From: Octopus sinensis
Lineage: Eukaryota
Length of the DNA: 64,000 nucleotides
Direction of reading: 5' to 3'
Assembly (NCBI RefSeq): GCF_006345805.1
Contig: NC_043001.1
Coordinates: 32,178,001-32,242,000 of the forward strand
Shown here: one piece after another, positions 1 through 13,568 of the stretch
Position numbering within the stretch: position 1 is the first letter of the stretch
Layout of the letters: the number at the start of each line of letters is the position of its first letter
The notes under the pieces: generated by a model
Told to the model about the DNA's origin: nothing
Database searches by the model: none
Seen by the model: the letters and a program-made list of their open reading frames with translations, nothing else
Translations under genes and position numbers: made by a program

Positions 1-187
1 TTGAGTGAGATGTGCCATGTCGTAGCTTAATAGATTATGCAGAGTAGTGTATTTTGGTGAGATTCAGGAGAGTTTGGTGTAAAGAACTCTAGTGGACTAT
101 GATGTTGTGGAATGTGGTTGAGAAAGTAAAAATAGGAGGGTGAAATATCGTATCTGAAATAATCAGGGGAAGTTAAGTTAAGAAAAT

Positions 188-3100
188 TTAAAAGTACTTA
201 TGAACTAGAGAGGTAAACAAATGAAAAGATGAAAAGAATGAAGGTAAAAAATTTAAAAGAGATGAAAAAGTGAAGGGGAGAAAATGAAAAAAAGATAAAA
301 AAATGACGGTGAGAAAATAAAAAGAGATGAAAAATGAAGGGGAAAAATGAAAAGAGATGAAAAAATGAAGGGGATAAATGAAGGTGAAAAAATGATAAGA
401 GATGAAAAAGAGAAAGGGTAAAGATGAAAAGAGATGAAAAAGTGAAGGGGAGAAAATTAAAAGAGATGAAAAGTGAAGGGGAGAAAATGAAAAGAGATGA
501 AAAAGTGAAGGGGAGAAAATTAAAAGAGATGAAAAAGTGAAGGGGAGAAAATGAAAAGAGATGAAAAGTGAAGGGGAGAAAATGAAAAGAGATGAAAAAG
601 TGAAGGGAGAGAAAATGAAAAAGAGCAAGTGAAAGGAAGGGGAGAAAATGAAAAGAGATGAAAAAGTGAAGGGGAGAAAATGAAAAGAGATGAAAAGTGA
701 AGGGGTTAAAAAGAAAAAGAGATGAAAAAGTGAAGAGAGAGAAAAATGAAAAGAGATGAAAAAAGTGAAGGGGAGAAAATGAAAAGAGATGAAAAAGGAA
801 GGGAAGAGGAGAAAATTAAAAGAGATGAAAAAGTGTGAAGGGGGGAAAATTAAAAGAGATGAAAAAGTGAAGGGGGGGGTAAAAATGTAAAAATGAAAGA
901 TGAGAAAAAGTGAAGTGGAGAAAATGAAAAGAGATGAAAAAAGTGAAGGGAGAAAATGAAAAGAGATGAAAAGTGAAAGAGGAAAAATTAAAAGAGATGA
1001 AAAAGTGAAGGGGGGGGAAAATTAAAAGAGATGAAAAAGTGAAGGGGAAAAATGAAAAGAGATGAAAAAGTGAAGGGGTAAAAAGTAAAAAAGAAAAAAA
1101 GAGATGAATGAAAAAGGAAAGGGGAGAAAATGAAAAGAGATGAAAAAGTGAAGGTGTAAAAATGATAAGATGAAAAAAGTGAAGGGGAGAAAATGAAAAG
1201 AGATGAAAAAGTGAAGGGTGAAAAAATGAAAAGCGATGAAAAAAGTGAAAGAAAGAGAAGAAGGGGAGAAAATGAAAAGAGATGCAAAAGTGAAGGAGAG
1301 GGAGGAAAATGAAAAGAGATGAAAAAGTGAAGGGGAGAAAATGAAAAGAGATAGATGAAAAAGTGAAGGGGAGAGAAGGAAAAAGAAAAAGAAGAGAAAA
1401 TGAAAAGAGATGAAAAAGTGAAGGAGAGAAAATAAAAAGAGATGAAAAAGTGAAGGGGAAGAAAAGAGAAAATGAAAAGAGATGAAAAAGTGAAGGGGTA
1501 AAAATGAAAAGAGATGAAAAAGTGAGGGGAGGGAGAAAGAAAATGAAAAGAGATGAAAAGTGAAGGGGAGAAAATGAAAAGAGATGAAAAAGTGAGAGAG
1601 AGAAAAATTAAAAGAGATGAAAAGTGAAGGGGGGAAAATTAAAAGAGATGAAAAAGTGAAGGGGTAAAAATGAAAAGAGATGAAAAAGTGAAGGGGAGAA
1701 AATGAAAAGAGATGAAAAAGTGAAGGGGAGAAAATGAAAAGAGATGAAAAAGTGAAGAGGAGAAAATTAAAAGAGATGAAAAAGTGAAGGGGGAAAATTA
1801 AAAGAGATGAAAAAGTGAAGGGGTAAAAATGAAAAGAGATGAAAAAGTGAAGGGGAAAAAATTAAAAGAGATGAAAAAGTGAAGGGGAGAAAATTAAAAG
1901 AGATGAAAAAGTGAACGGGTAAAATGAAAAGAATGAAAAATGAAGGGGGAAAATGAAAAGAGAGGAAAAAGTGAAGGTGAAAAAATGATAAGAGATGAAA
2001 AAAGTGAAGGGTGAAAAGAAAAAGGGAAAAATGAAAAGAGAGGAAAAAAAAAAAGAAAAAAAAAAAAAAAAAGAAAAAAAGTGAAGGGGAGAAAATGAAA
2101 AGAGATGAAAAAGTGAAGGTGTAAAAATGAAAAGCGATGAAAAAGTGAAGGGGAGAAAATGAAAAGAGATGCAAAAGTGAAGGGGAGAAAATGAAAAGAG
2201 ATGAAAAAGTGAAGGGGAGAAAATGAAAAGAGATGAAAAAGTGAAGGGGAGAAAATGAAAAGAGATGAAAAAGTGAAGGGGAGAAAATGAAAAGAGATGA
2301 AAAAGTGAAGGTGTAAAAATGAAAAGAGATGAAAAAGTGAAGGGCAGAAAATGAAAAGAGATGAAAAAGTGAAAGGGTAAAAATGAAAAGAGATGAAAAA
2401 GTGAAGGGGAGGAAATGAAAAGAGATGAAAAAGTGAAGGGGTAAAAATGAAAAGAGATGGAAAAGTGAAGGGAGAAAATGAAAAGATGAAAAAGTGAAGG
2501 TGAAAAATGAAAAGAGAGGAAAAAGTGAAGGGAGAAAATGAAAAGAGATGAAAAAGTGAAGAGGAGAAGATGAAAAGAGATGAAAAAGTGAAGGGGTAAA
2601 AATGAAAAGAGATGAAAAAGTGAAGGGGGGAAAATAAAAGAGATGAAAAAGTGAAGGGGTAAAAATGAAAAGAGATGAAAAAGTGAAGGAGAAAATGAAA
2701 AGATGAAAAAGTGAAGGGGAGAAAATGAAAGAGATGAAAAGTGAAGGTGAAAAATGAAAAGCGATGAAAAAGTGAAGGGGGAAAATGAAAAGAGATGGAA
2801 AAGTGAAGGGGAGAAAATGAAAAGAGATGAAAAAGTGAAGGGGAGAAAATGAAAAGAGATGAAAAAGTGAAGGGGAGAAAATGAAAAGAGATGAAAAAGT
2901 GAAGGGGAGAAAATGAAAAGAGATGAAAAAGTGAAGGGGAGAAAATGAAAAGAGATGAAAAAGTGAAGGGGTAAAAATGAAAAGAGATGAAAAAGTGTGA
3001 AGGGCAGAAAATGAAAGAGATGAAAAGAGATGAAAAGTGAAGGTGTAAAAATGAAAGAGATGAAAAAGTGAAGGGGAGGAAATGAAAAGAGATGAAAAAG

Positions 3101-4375
3101 TGAAGGTGTAAAAATGATAAGATGAAAAAGTGAAGGGGTAAAAATGACAAGAGATGAAAAAGTGAAGGGAGAAAATGAAAAGAGATGAAAAAGTGAAGGA
3201 GGAGAAAATGAAAAGATGAAAAAGTGAAGAGGAGAAGATGAAAAGAGATGAAAAAGTGAAGGGGTAAAAATGAAAAGAGAGATGAAAAAGTGAAGGGGGG
3301 AAAATAAAAGAGATGAAAAAGTGAAGGGGTAAAAATGAAAAGAGATGAAAAGTGAAGGGGAGAAAATGAAAAGAGATGAAAAGTGAAGGAGAAAATGAAA
3401 AGAGATGAAAAGTGAAGGGGAAAATGAAAAGAGATGAAAAAGTGAAGGGGAGAGAATTAAAAGAAATGAAAAAATGAAGGGGAAAATGAAAAGAGAGGAA
3501 AAAAATGAAGGTGAAAAAATGAAAAGAGATGAAAAAGTGAAGGGGAAAATGAAAAGAGATGAAAAGTGAAGGGGAGAAAATGAAAAGATGAAAAAGTGAA
3601 GGGAGAAAATGAAAAGAGATGAAAAAGTGAGGTGTAAAAATGAAAAGATGAAAAAGTGAAGGGAGAAAATGAAAAGAGTGAAAAAGTGAGGTGTAAAAAT
3701 GAAAAGCGATGAAAAAGTGAAGGGGAGAAAATGAAAAGAGATGAAAAAGTGAAGGGGAGAAAATGAAAAGAAATGAAAAAATGAAGGGGAAAATGAAAAG
3801 AGAGGAAAAAAATGAAGGTGAAAAAATGAAAAGAGATGAAAAAGTGAAGGGGTAAAAATGAAAAGAGATGAAAAAGTGAAGGGGAGAAAATGAAAAGAGA
3901 TGAAAAAGTGAAGGTGTAAAAATGAAAAGATGAAAAAGTGAAGGGGAGGAAATGAAAAGAGATGAAAAAGTGAAGGGGTAAAAATGACAAGAGATGAAAA
4001 AGTGAAGGGGAGGAAATGAAAAGAGATGAAAAAGTGAAGCTAAAAAAATTAAAAGAGATGGAAAAGTGAAGGGGAGAAAATGAAAAGAGATGAAAAAGTG
4101 AAGGGGAGAAAATGAAAAGAGATGAAAAAGTGAAGGTGTAAAAATGAAAAGAGATGAAAAAGTGAAGGGGAGAAAATGAAAAGAGATGAAAAAGTGTAGG
4201 GGTAAAAATGAAAAGCGATGAAAAAGTGAAGGGGAGAAAATGAAAAGAGATGAAAAAGTGAAGGTGTAAAAAGGAAAAGAGATGAAAATGTGAAGGGGAG
4301 AAAATATAAAGAGATGAAAAAATGAAAGGGAAAAATGAAAAGAGATGAAAAAATGAAATGAAAATAGACTAAACA
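188..4375. repeat. Purine-rich minisatellite, 32-bp unit GAAAATGAAAAGAGATGAAAAAGTGAAGGGGA, about 130 copies
   Basis: Period measured directly (gtgaagggg at 2241 and 2273). The plus strand is almost C-free. Variant units recur in blocks. Confidence 0.97.
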
Positions 4376-4379
4376 AATT

Positions 4380-5655
4380 TCACAATAGTGCAACACAACA
4401 CACTCCATCATACTGTTTTCTACTGCATTAGACACCCTAAACAGCCCACCACAGTTACTACACATTCTGCACTGCCTCGTATTGTCCAGTACTTTTGATC
4501 ACAAAACTATCCCCTACATCCAGCATACTTCATCTTTGTCATCCTCTCCTATAATTTCCCACACGACCATTCTATTTTATATCTCTACAGTCCACCATCG
4601 TTTTCACAGTGATACTCCACTATTGTTTTTTATTTTAACACTGCAGTCCACTGCTACCCTCCAGAACATAGTGCACCATGTCAGAGACTATTACAGTCCA
4701 TCAGCCCATGGCGAGGGATCAGCATTTCCCACACAACTACATTCTCAATTACACCACAATCCATCATATTATGATCGCTCATGAACACGCTGCACCAGTC
4801 AGCATATTACACCACAACTCAGTACAACGCAGTACAGCATAGTCCATGATAGTTACCCCAGTATCTCAAAATGAAGTACAGTTTATCAACCCACTTCATT
4901 ACAGTCAACATCTCAATCCACCTTCATCTATTACAGCGCACATTTGGCTCCACATCTCACCGTTGTTCACTACAGTCCATCAGAATGTACCGCACCACAG
5001 TCGTTCACAATGTCCCACACCATAGTCTACCACAAACTCACTGCTGTCGTCCTTAGTCCGATATCGTCCTGAACAATTCACCACCATCCCACCAAAGTCT
5101 ACCTCACTAAAGTCCATCTCTGTCGATCTCAGGCCACCGTGTACTATCTAAAACAGTCTACCAAAGTTACTACAGTTCTCGTCGTCCACTATAATCCACT
5201 ACATTTGAATACACCTCCATCAGTCCATCACAGTCTACCATTCCATACCATATCCTTATCACCGTATATATTTCTTTATTGTCCACAAGGGGCTAAACAT
5301 AGAGGGGACAAACAAGGACAGACAAACGGATTAAGTCGATTACGTCGACCCCAGTGCGTAACTGGTACTTTATTTATCAACCCCGAAAGGATGAACGGCA
5401 AAGTCGACCTCGGCGGAATTTGAACTCAGAACAAAACGGCAGCTGAAATATCGCTAAGCATTTCACCCGGCGCGCTAACGTTTCTGCCAGCTCGCCGCCT
5501 TTTATCACCGTATACCCCAGCCTACCTTTACGTTATATCTATACAGTATATACATTATATCTATACAGTTTCACTACATTCCACAACTAGAGTTCTTAAC
5601 ACCAAACTCCACTGAATCCCAACAAAACACCCTGCACTGCATAATCTATTATTAT
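4380..5655. repeat. C/A-rich degenerate repeat region (recurrent ACAGTCCA/ACAGTCTA motif)
   Basis: At least ten imperfect copies of cagtc(c/t)a-centred motifs. 5574-5651 matches the reverse complement of 28-117. Confidence 0.55.
5269..5500 (-). mobile_element. tRNA-derived SINE, family A (head GGCGGCGAGCTGGCAGAA, B-box GAGTTCAAATTCC), full length with TSD
   Basis: A/B-box-like head and body shared with about 14 copies in the window. 13-bp direct repeat TTATCACCGTATA at 5256-5268 and 5502-5514. Confidence 0.9.
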
Positions 5656-5837
5656 AAATCCCCACATCATCGCTTTACAAAGGATCGCATTCCATTTGGA
5701 ACAACTGGATTTGTTAGAAATATCAGTTAAATCTCTCTCAAATAATACCCTACATTCTTTGACAAAAATTAAAAACAAAGCAAAACAAGCAGAAAATGGT
5801 GGTCCCTTTATTTGGGAGAATAAAATGACGTGGTGGC

Positions 5838-6078
5838 TACAGCTGCTGACAGAAACGTTAGCACGCCGGGCGAAATGCGTAGCCGTATTTCGTCTGTTGT
5901 TACGTTGTGAGTTCAAATTCCGCCAAGGTCGACTTTGCCTTTCATCCTTTCGGGGTCGATAAATTAAGTACCAGTTACGCACTGGGGTCGATGTAATCGA
6001 CTTAATACCTATATCTGTCCTTGTTTGTCCCCTCTATGTTTAGCCCCTTGTGGGTAATAAAGAAATAGGTATTATTAT
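5838..6078 (+). mobile_element. SINE family A
   Basis: Near-identical to 5269-5500 in opposite orientation; short (ATT) tail. Confidence 0.88.
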
Positions 6079-6133
6079 GAACGTTGGTGTTCTTTATTTG
6101 ATTTTAAGTAAGGCTAAAGTACAACAAAAATAA

Positions 6134-6202
6134 CCACCACCACCACCACCACCACCATCAAAACCACCACCATCAAAACCACCACCACCACCACCACCAC
6201 CT
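6134..6202. repeat. (ACC)n microsatellite
   Basis: Direct reading. Confidence 0.9.
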
Positions 6203-7425
6203 AAACAACATAGTAGAAGCAGTAATATAAGCAACAAACAGTGTCAAACACCACCAACACCATCACGACCACCGTTCATAAATCTCCTATACATGGCGGA
6301 CGGGTAACATTGTCCCACGGAGGCAGAGTCAGACGGAAGGCAGATTTGAAACCATCAAACTGTCTACAGGCCTCCCTGTATCTCTCACTGCCTTCTTTCC
6401 TTAGTCAGTTCAATTGTTTCACTTAGCAACAGCTTCACTTCATTGATTTTATTACTGTATATCAATCGCCTACACATGAACGAAATTTCGTAGCGGCCGA
6501 CACTCCCTAGCCCACCCTCCACTTATAAAATCCACTCTTCATGAACGAATCATCTTTCTCCTTTAAATTATCTCATACACATATGGCCCTTTCTAGAATG
6601 TTCTCAAAAATTGTTATTTTGACATAGTGCATATATCTACAAATTTAGAAACTAACTGCGCAAAATGTTCGTCTTAGAGTTGTTTCATTGGGTCGGTGTA
6701 TTTTTTGGTCCTGATAAGTACACACACACAGACACACAGACACACAGACACACACAGACACACACACACGCACACAAACACACACAAATATATGTGTGTT
6801 TATGTGTGTGTGTGAGAGTGTGTGTGCGTGTGTGTGCTTGAGCATTATATGTTTATATATGTGAGCATTATGTATCTGTGTATACTTATATGTGTGTGTG
6901 TGTATGTATATATATGTTTTTAAATTCCTATACATAAAGATTTACACATACAAAGATATATAAAGATACACAAACACACATATATTACCACACATATGTA
7001 TGTGTATATATATATAGGTGCGCGTGTGTGTATGTGTATGTGTGTTTTGATGTGTGCTAATATTATATATACATATATATATATATACACACATACATAC
7101 ACACACGTGTATTATACATCTCTGAGTAGGCACTGTGCGTTGGCTATGGCATGTACACCCAAGAACATACTCTTATCTAAATAAAGTAGATGAAGGGATA
7201 CAGTTATGTGTGTGTGTGCGTCTGTGTGTGTGTATGTGTGTGAGCATCTGTATGTGTAGGGTATGAATGTGTAGGTTCGTATGTTCCATTCTGTGTATGA
7301 TTACTATGGATAGCTATTACGTTTATGTAAACACAAAAACATAGACACACGTATGTATACGTGTGCATGTATATGCAGGTGCACACACACACACACACAT
7401 ACACACATACATATATATATATATG

Positions 7426-7470
<45 letters not shown>

Positions 7471-8037
7471 GATACCTGTGTGGAGGAAAGTGTGTGATAG
7501 TGTCTAGGTACATACTTACACATATACGTACATTCATATGTGTGTATATATATGTTTGTATATATTTCACTCCCTTGTATTTTCTGTTACTACAGCAAGG
7601 CACCCACACATCACATTGTGCCAAAGACCCTACTTGCAAGAATGTTTCGTTTTACCACCTTTTATTTACGGTCACATCCACCACCAACACCGCCATCACT
7701 ACCACCGCTGTCATCACCACTACCAACACCGATTCCATGAGAAAAACATAGACACGACACATCCCCACTATGTTTTATTGCCAGGACCATAAACGCCATC
7801 TGCACGCAACACCACATACTTATTGTAACCACCAAAGAGCCTTTAAGCGGTTACTCGACTTGCTAAATCTATCAGAATTAGATCGTATTCCGAGTTTCTA
7901 ATGTGTTATATAAAGTCATCTGTCTGTCTGTCTCTCCACATACACACGTATATAGGTACATAAAGATATTTACATAAAAACACATATATGAATCTACACA
8001 TACATGTATACATACACACATATACGCATATACAAAT

Positions 8038-8260
8038 ACTGATTTCAAATTTTGGCACAGGGCTAGCAAATTCCGGCCGGACGAGGGTTTCAGTCGATTA
8101 CATCAACCCCAGTGCTCAACTGGTACTTATTTCATGGACCCCGAAAAGATGAAGGGTACGGTCGACTTCGACAGAATTTGGACTCAGAGCATAAAAGACG
8201 GACGAAACGCCTCTAAGCATGTTTGACCGGCGTGTAAACGGTTCTGACAGCCCGCTGCCT
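8038..8260 (-). mobile_element. SINE family A, alternative 3' tail (CTTGTGCCAAAATTTGAAATC type)
   Basis: Head and central block match family A; tail differs. Confidence 0.8.
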
Positions 8261-8371
8261 TTGTATATAAAAATATATATCTATTTTGGTATACATCTTG
8301 TGTGCACACATACACACACATACAAACACATAGAAAATATACACACACACACACACTCACACACACACACG

Positions 8372-8405
<34 letters not shown>

Positions 8406-8837
8406 AAATATATGAACACATACACACACTCATATATATGTATATATATAATGTGTATGAATATAATGTATATATATGTATTGCGTGTATATAGATTTTA
8501 TATATGATTTGTATATATATTTATTCATAAATGTTTGTATGTATATATATATATATGTGCACATATACATATACAGTATGTATATCTATCTATATCTATA
8601 TGTATGTATGTATATATATATGTGTATATATATATGTATATATATGTGTGTGTATATATATATATATATCTATATACACACACAGACATACACACACATA
8701 CAAACACACACACACACATACACACACACTAACATATATATATATATCACTTTTTTAAATTATCTCTATAGGGAAATGAGAGGCAATATGTAGTGAATGT
8801 ATAACGAAATGTCTGGCCTTACCAGCAATCAATATGT

Positions 8838-9188
8838 ATCGTGGCGCTCCGCCGATTTCGACGACGAGGGTTCCAGTTGATCAGATCAACAGAACAGCCT
8901 GCTCGTGAAATTAACGTACAAGTGGCTGAGCACTCCACAGACACGTGTACCTATAACGTAGTTCACGAGGTGGGGATTCAGCGTGACACAGAGTATGAAT
9001 AGGCTGGCCCATTGAAATACAGGTACAACAGAAACAGGAAGAAAGTGTGAGAGAATGTTGCATTCGCCACCCCTGCCGGAGTGTCGTGGAGGTTTGAGGT
9101 CCTTTCGCTCAATAAACACTCACAACGCCCGCTCTGGGAATCGAAACCGCGAATTCACTGCCCTAACCACTGGGCCATTGCGCCTCCA
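8838..9188 (-). mobile_element. tRNA-derived SINE, family B (head GGAGGCGCAATGGCCCAGTGGTTAGGGC), tail type 1
   Basis: tRNA-like head with A/B boxes, shared with 54637-54934 and 62358-62662. Confidence 0.85.
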
Positions 9189-9733
9189 CAATTAATATGT
9201 ATATATACATGTGTGTATATATATCTAGTCACAACCACACAGACAAACGCACAAACACACACACACACATGTTTATATTCTTTTATATATTTCCGCCCTG
9301 AGGCTGTGGCCATGCATATATACAATATATACATATCCATACATATACTATATATATATATAATATATATATATATATAATATATATATATATATATTTA
9401 TATATTTATATATGGAGAGAGACACGTATAGATATATATGTATATATATATAAAGAGAGAGAGACACACACACACACACAGAATAGATAGATAGACGCCT
9501 CTCCCTTAGCATAGTTTTGGGGAATTGGGTTGAATGCATTACCAGATATATTTTGTCTTACTTTTTGCATTCTTTGTTCAAATCAGACCGAAATCATTTT
9601 TACCAATCATTCTTCGTTGTCAATAACTTTGGTACCAGTCTAGTGGTCGTGGAAACTTCTACTCTCACATTTCACAACTTTTGCATTCATCTTTGGTATT
9701 GGGTTAACAGTGGGGAGGTGTTTATCTACTCAC

Positions 9734-9747
9734 AACAACAGGTGTAT
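9734..9747 (-). other. Candidate 14-nt micro-exon (ATACACCTGTTGTT)
   Basis: Minus strand: branch-like GGCTAAC plus TGTTACAG acceptor, and GTGAGT donor. A 68-nt intron separates it from the 81-nt candidate exon, with compatible phase. Confidence 0.25.
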
Positions 9748-9815
9748 CTGTAACAGTTAGCCAAATCTTGGTGCATGCTAACCAAGAAATTGTAATAAAA
9801 ATTTTATATACATAC

Positions 9816-9896
9816 CTATCCACATCATTGCCAAACGCGAGAAAAAATGTCCAGATACTACATTTCCTGAAGGCATACTATGGTAGCCAGAGGAAT
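9816..9896 (-). CDS. Candidate 81-nt exon of an unidentified host gene (xSSGYHSMPSGNVVSGHFFSRLAMMWI)
   Basis: Long polypyrimidine tract with CTAAT branch site and TTCTAG acceptor; AG|GTATGT donor; only one frame open. No protein homology recognised. Confidence 0.35.
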
Positions 9897-10594
9897 CTAG
9901 AATTGAATAAAAGGAAAAATATATAAGTAAAAAAGATGATTAGCGTGTGACAAATGGATCAAATACATGTTAGTGAAACATAAGAAAAAAATCACATACC
10001 AAGGTGACCAGATATTGTTATTTAGGATGACAAAATAATAATTTGCTCCGTAGTGGAAATAAGTTGCACACATGACATCAATATACAAAGAAAAATATAA
10101 GAGAAAGATTATACCTACAATATATCTACCATTCATGAAAAGCCCGCAAGTTCAATGCTTAAAATACACTTTTAGTATTATAGAAATTCTTGCAGTAAAA
10201 CTTTGAGCATGCCCAGATATGGCAGGGACGAGAACTTGGATTCTTCGAAAGAGAAACCAACTCTAGAATTCAGCCAACATGCCTTTCAGTTTCAAAAGTT
10301 CTTTTTGTCGAAGCACAGAGGACGAGATAAACAAGAAGCCTTTTCATATATGGCTTTTATTTACAAGTTGACCACTAATCGGGTGAATAGCTTTGAAAAG
10401 TTTTCCCCTCTGTTTATGAGTACCTTACGCGAAATATAAAGAATTATTAAATTACATCAAAGGTTGTTTTCATATTGCATTATAAGTTTTTTTTCAATCA
10501 AAAACAACTTTATATAGACACACAAACACACATACATATATACATATATATGATATATGCATTTATTTATATAGTTATAAATTTATGCGTGTAT

Positions 10595-10638
<44 letters not shown>

Positions 10639-10720
10639 GTATGTATATATATATATATATGTATATATATTTAGATACACACACACATACATAGGTTGTA
10701 AAATTGCTAGTAAGCCACCC

Positions 10721-10754
<34 letters not shown>

Positions 10755-10830
10755 CTCATGGTGAGAAGTGGGGTAGATTGAAGAAGTGAGGAATGATGTT
10801 CCAGAAAATACAGTCTTCTTCTTCTTCTTC

Positions 10831-11197
10831 TTGAGTAAGAGAGCAGTGCATGCCATGAAAAGTGACACTGGGGTAAAATATACGAAACCCAGTATATCAA
10901 TCGTGACTACCCGTCTGATAAGGGTACACCAGGCACATGCATCAAAACCATATGTACGGGATATGGTAATCTCATATCAAGATATACAGCGCATGACCTT
11001 GCAGGTGGGGTCGAGTTATAATTTATTTCTTTAGGTCGAGTAACCCATCTCGCTCAAAAGGTCCCTGAATAAGGGTTGTTTAAGGATGTTGAAGAAAACA
11101 ACCCTTTCCAAAGGTGAATTATCCACACCTCAAAGGATTTCTCTGAACAGATGGCTATGTTGCTCCCCCACTGATTCAGCTCGTGATTAGAGATGCA
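10831..11197 (-). mobile_element. ~560-bp non-autonomous repeat (family T), 5'-truncated copy
   Basis: Matches the copies at 12179, 13009 and 14743; ends in a triplet microsatellite tail. Confidence 0.85.
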
Positions 11198-11254
11198 TCA
11201 TCATCCTCATCATCATCATCATCATCCTCATCATCATCATCATCATCATCATTA

Positions 11255-12075
11255 TTATTAATATCATTCAGTAGTTTTATTATTATAACGTGCTTTCACT
11301 TCACTACCTAGCGCAGCTCTGTGTGCCTCTGGTATGTAATGTGATTTTTTGTGATGTTCTGATGGTTACTGTATTGAAAGTGTTCTGCGTAGGATGTGTG
11401 CAGTGCCTAGTAGTGCAATTTTCAGTATGTTATATGTGTTTGTAAGTCATGGTGCTTTTGTTATGTATTTGTCTGAATATTTTTTATCATACCTAATGCA
11501 CCTACTATGATAGGAATTGTTTCTGTTTTTTTGATTCCACATTCTGGTTACCTCTATTTCCAGGTCTTTGTATTTTGAAAGTTTCTCATTTCTTTTAGAG
11601 ACACTTTGTCATCTACTGGTATTGATACATCAATTAGAAGGCATTTTTTTCTTCATAATCTCTGACAACTATATCTGGTCCGTTGGCCTTAATTTCTCTA
11701 TCTGTGTGTATTGGCATATCCCAGAGCATGGTTGCTTTCTCGTTTTCTGTGACCTTTTCTGGTGTGTGCCTATACAATCTTTTTTCCTTTGTTATTCCAT
11801 AATGTTGGCATAGCTTCCAGTATATGTAGGTCCCAACTCTTTCGTGTCTGTGAATATATTCCTTCTTAGCCAGGACTGGGCAGCCAGAGATAATATGATT
11901 TATTGTTTCTTGTCCATCTCCTCATATTCTGCAGTTACTTGTTTTATTTCTTTTCATTACATGTTTTTGGTAATTTCTGGTTGGGAGGCTTTGGTCTTGT
12001 GCTGTCTCTGCTTTGAGTCCTGAGCTTCTCAACCATTGCTGGTATTTTTCTTTGTCTATTTCTTTTGTATTTAGT
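11255..12075 (-). mobile_element. R4/Dong-like LINE 3' fragment (zinc-knuckle/RLE region plus 3'UTR, TAA/GAT tail)
   Basis: Minus translation gives WLRSSGLKAETAQDQSLPTRNYQKH and KIALLGTAHILRRTLSI, typical of the RLE-clade C-terminus. Frameshifted. Confidence 0.8.
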
Positions 12076-12087
12076 TTAGCTTAATTT

Positions 12088-12159
<72 letters not shown>

Positions 12160-12178
12160 GTTGTTATTGTTGTTATTA

Positions 12179-12714
12179 TTGAGTGAGAGAGCAGCTCATG
12201 CCATTGAAGTGACACTGGGGTACACATATACGAAGCCTAGTATACACATCATGACTACTTGTCTGAGAAGGATACACCAAGTACATGCATCACAACCGTA
12301 TGTACGCGACATAGTGATTCATATCAAGATAAACAGGGCACAACCTTGCAGGTGGAGCCCAGGTACAATTTTCTTTAGGTCGAGTAGCCTATCCCGCTCA
12401 AAAGGTTCCTGAATAAGATTTTTGTAGAGATGTTGAACGAAACACCCATATTTCCAGAGATGAATTATCCAAGCCCCAAAGAATTCCTCTCAACACATGG
12501 CTATGATGCAGCCCCACTATTGCTCTCATGATCAGAGATGCACATATCGTCAAGCACAAGGTCAAACAACTGACAAACAAATCTGTGGTATTGAGCAGAA
12601 TATTTACTGTGGCCCATCTTTTATACCAAGACAAAACAATATACATGATAACACTTCCAATCAGTTACGATAAAAAGCCATTAGAGCCACTGCCAGGTAC
12701 TGCATCAGGGCATT
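12179..12714 (-). mobile_element. Family T element, full length
   Basis: High identity to 13009-13569; flanked by (ATT)n on both sides. Confidence 0.88.
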
Positions 12715-12727
12715 ATCATCATTATTA

Positions 12728-12934
12728 AAGCTGTGAGCTAGCAGAATCGTTAGCACACCAGGCAAAATGGTTAGTGATATTTTGCCCGTCACAATGTTTT
12801 GAGTTCAAATTCCGCCGAGGTCGACTGTGTCTCTCGTCCTTCGGGGTCGATAAATTGAGTACCAGTGAAACACTGAGGTCGATGTAATATACTAACGCTC
12901 TCCCTCCAAATTTCGGGCCTTGTGCTATAATAGA

Positions 12935-12938
<4 letters not shown>
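12728..12938 (+). mobile_element. SINE family A with (ATT)n tail
   Basis: B-box GAGTTCAAATTCC and family A body; (ATT)n at 12938-13008. Confidence 0.85.
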
Positions 12939-13006
<68 letters not shown>

Positions 13007-13008
13007 CA

Positions 13009-13568
13009 TTGAGTGAGAGAGTAGTGCATGCCATCAAAGGGACACTGGGGTAAAATATACGAAGCCCAGCATACCCATCATGACTACCCGTCTGACAAGC
13101 GTACACTAGGCACATGCATCACAACCATATGTGCGCGATGTGGTGATATCATATCAAGATAAACATCACATGACCTTGCTGGGGGGCCCAATTAGAATGT
13201 TCTTCTGGTCGAGTAACCCATTCCGCTCAAAAGGTCGCTGAATAAGGGTTGTTTAAGGATGTTGAACGAAACACCATGTTTCCAAATGTGAAATATTCAA
13301 ACCCCAAAGAATCCCTCTCAACACATGGCTATAATGCTCCCTCACTACTTCTGCTCGTGATCAGAGATGCACATATCGTCAGCCACTAAGGGATATGGTC
13401 ACGAAGCCACTATGGTCAACTGGTTAAGGTCAAACAACTGACAAGCAAATCTGTGGTATTGGGCAGAATATTTGCTGTAGCCCATCTTTTATACCAAGAC
13501 AAAACAACGTACATGATAACACTTATCAGCTGCCATGGGAGCCACTGCCTGGTACTGCATCAGTGCAT

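Noticed and set aside
188-4375. CRISPR-like array (32-bp repeat)
   Set aside because: Units are contiguous with no unique spacers, there are no cas genes, and the context is eukaryotic.
188-4465. Long minus-strand ORFs (up to 869 aa, F/S/L/H-rich)
   Set aside because: They are translations of the 32-bp array, whose minus strand rarely forms stop codons.
9520-9720. Possible GIY-YIG fragment (CKSC, KYI)
   Set aside because: Motifs fall in inconsistent frames with many stops; not convincing.
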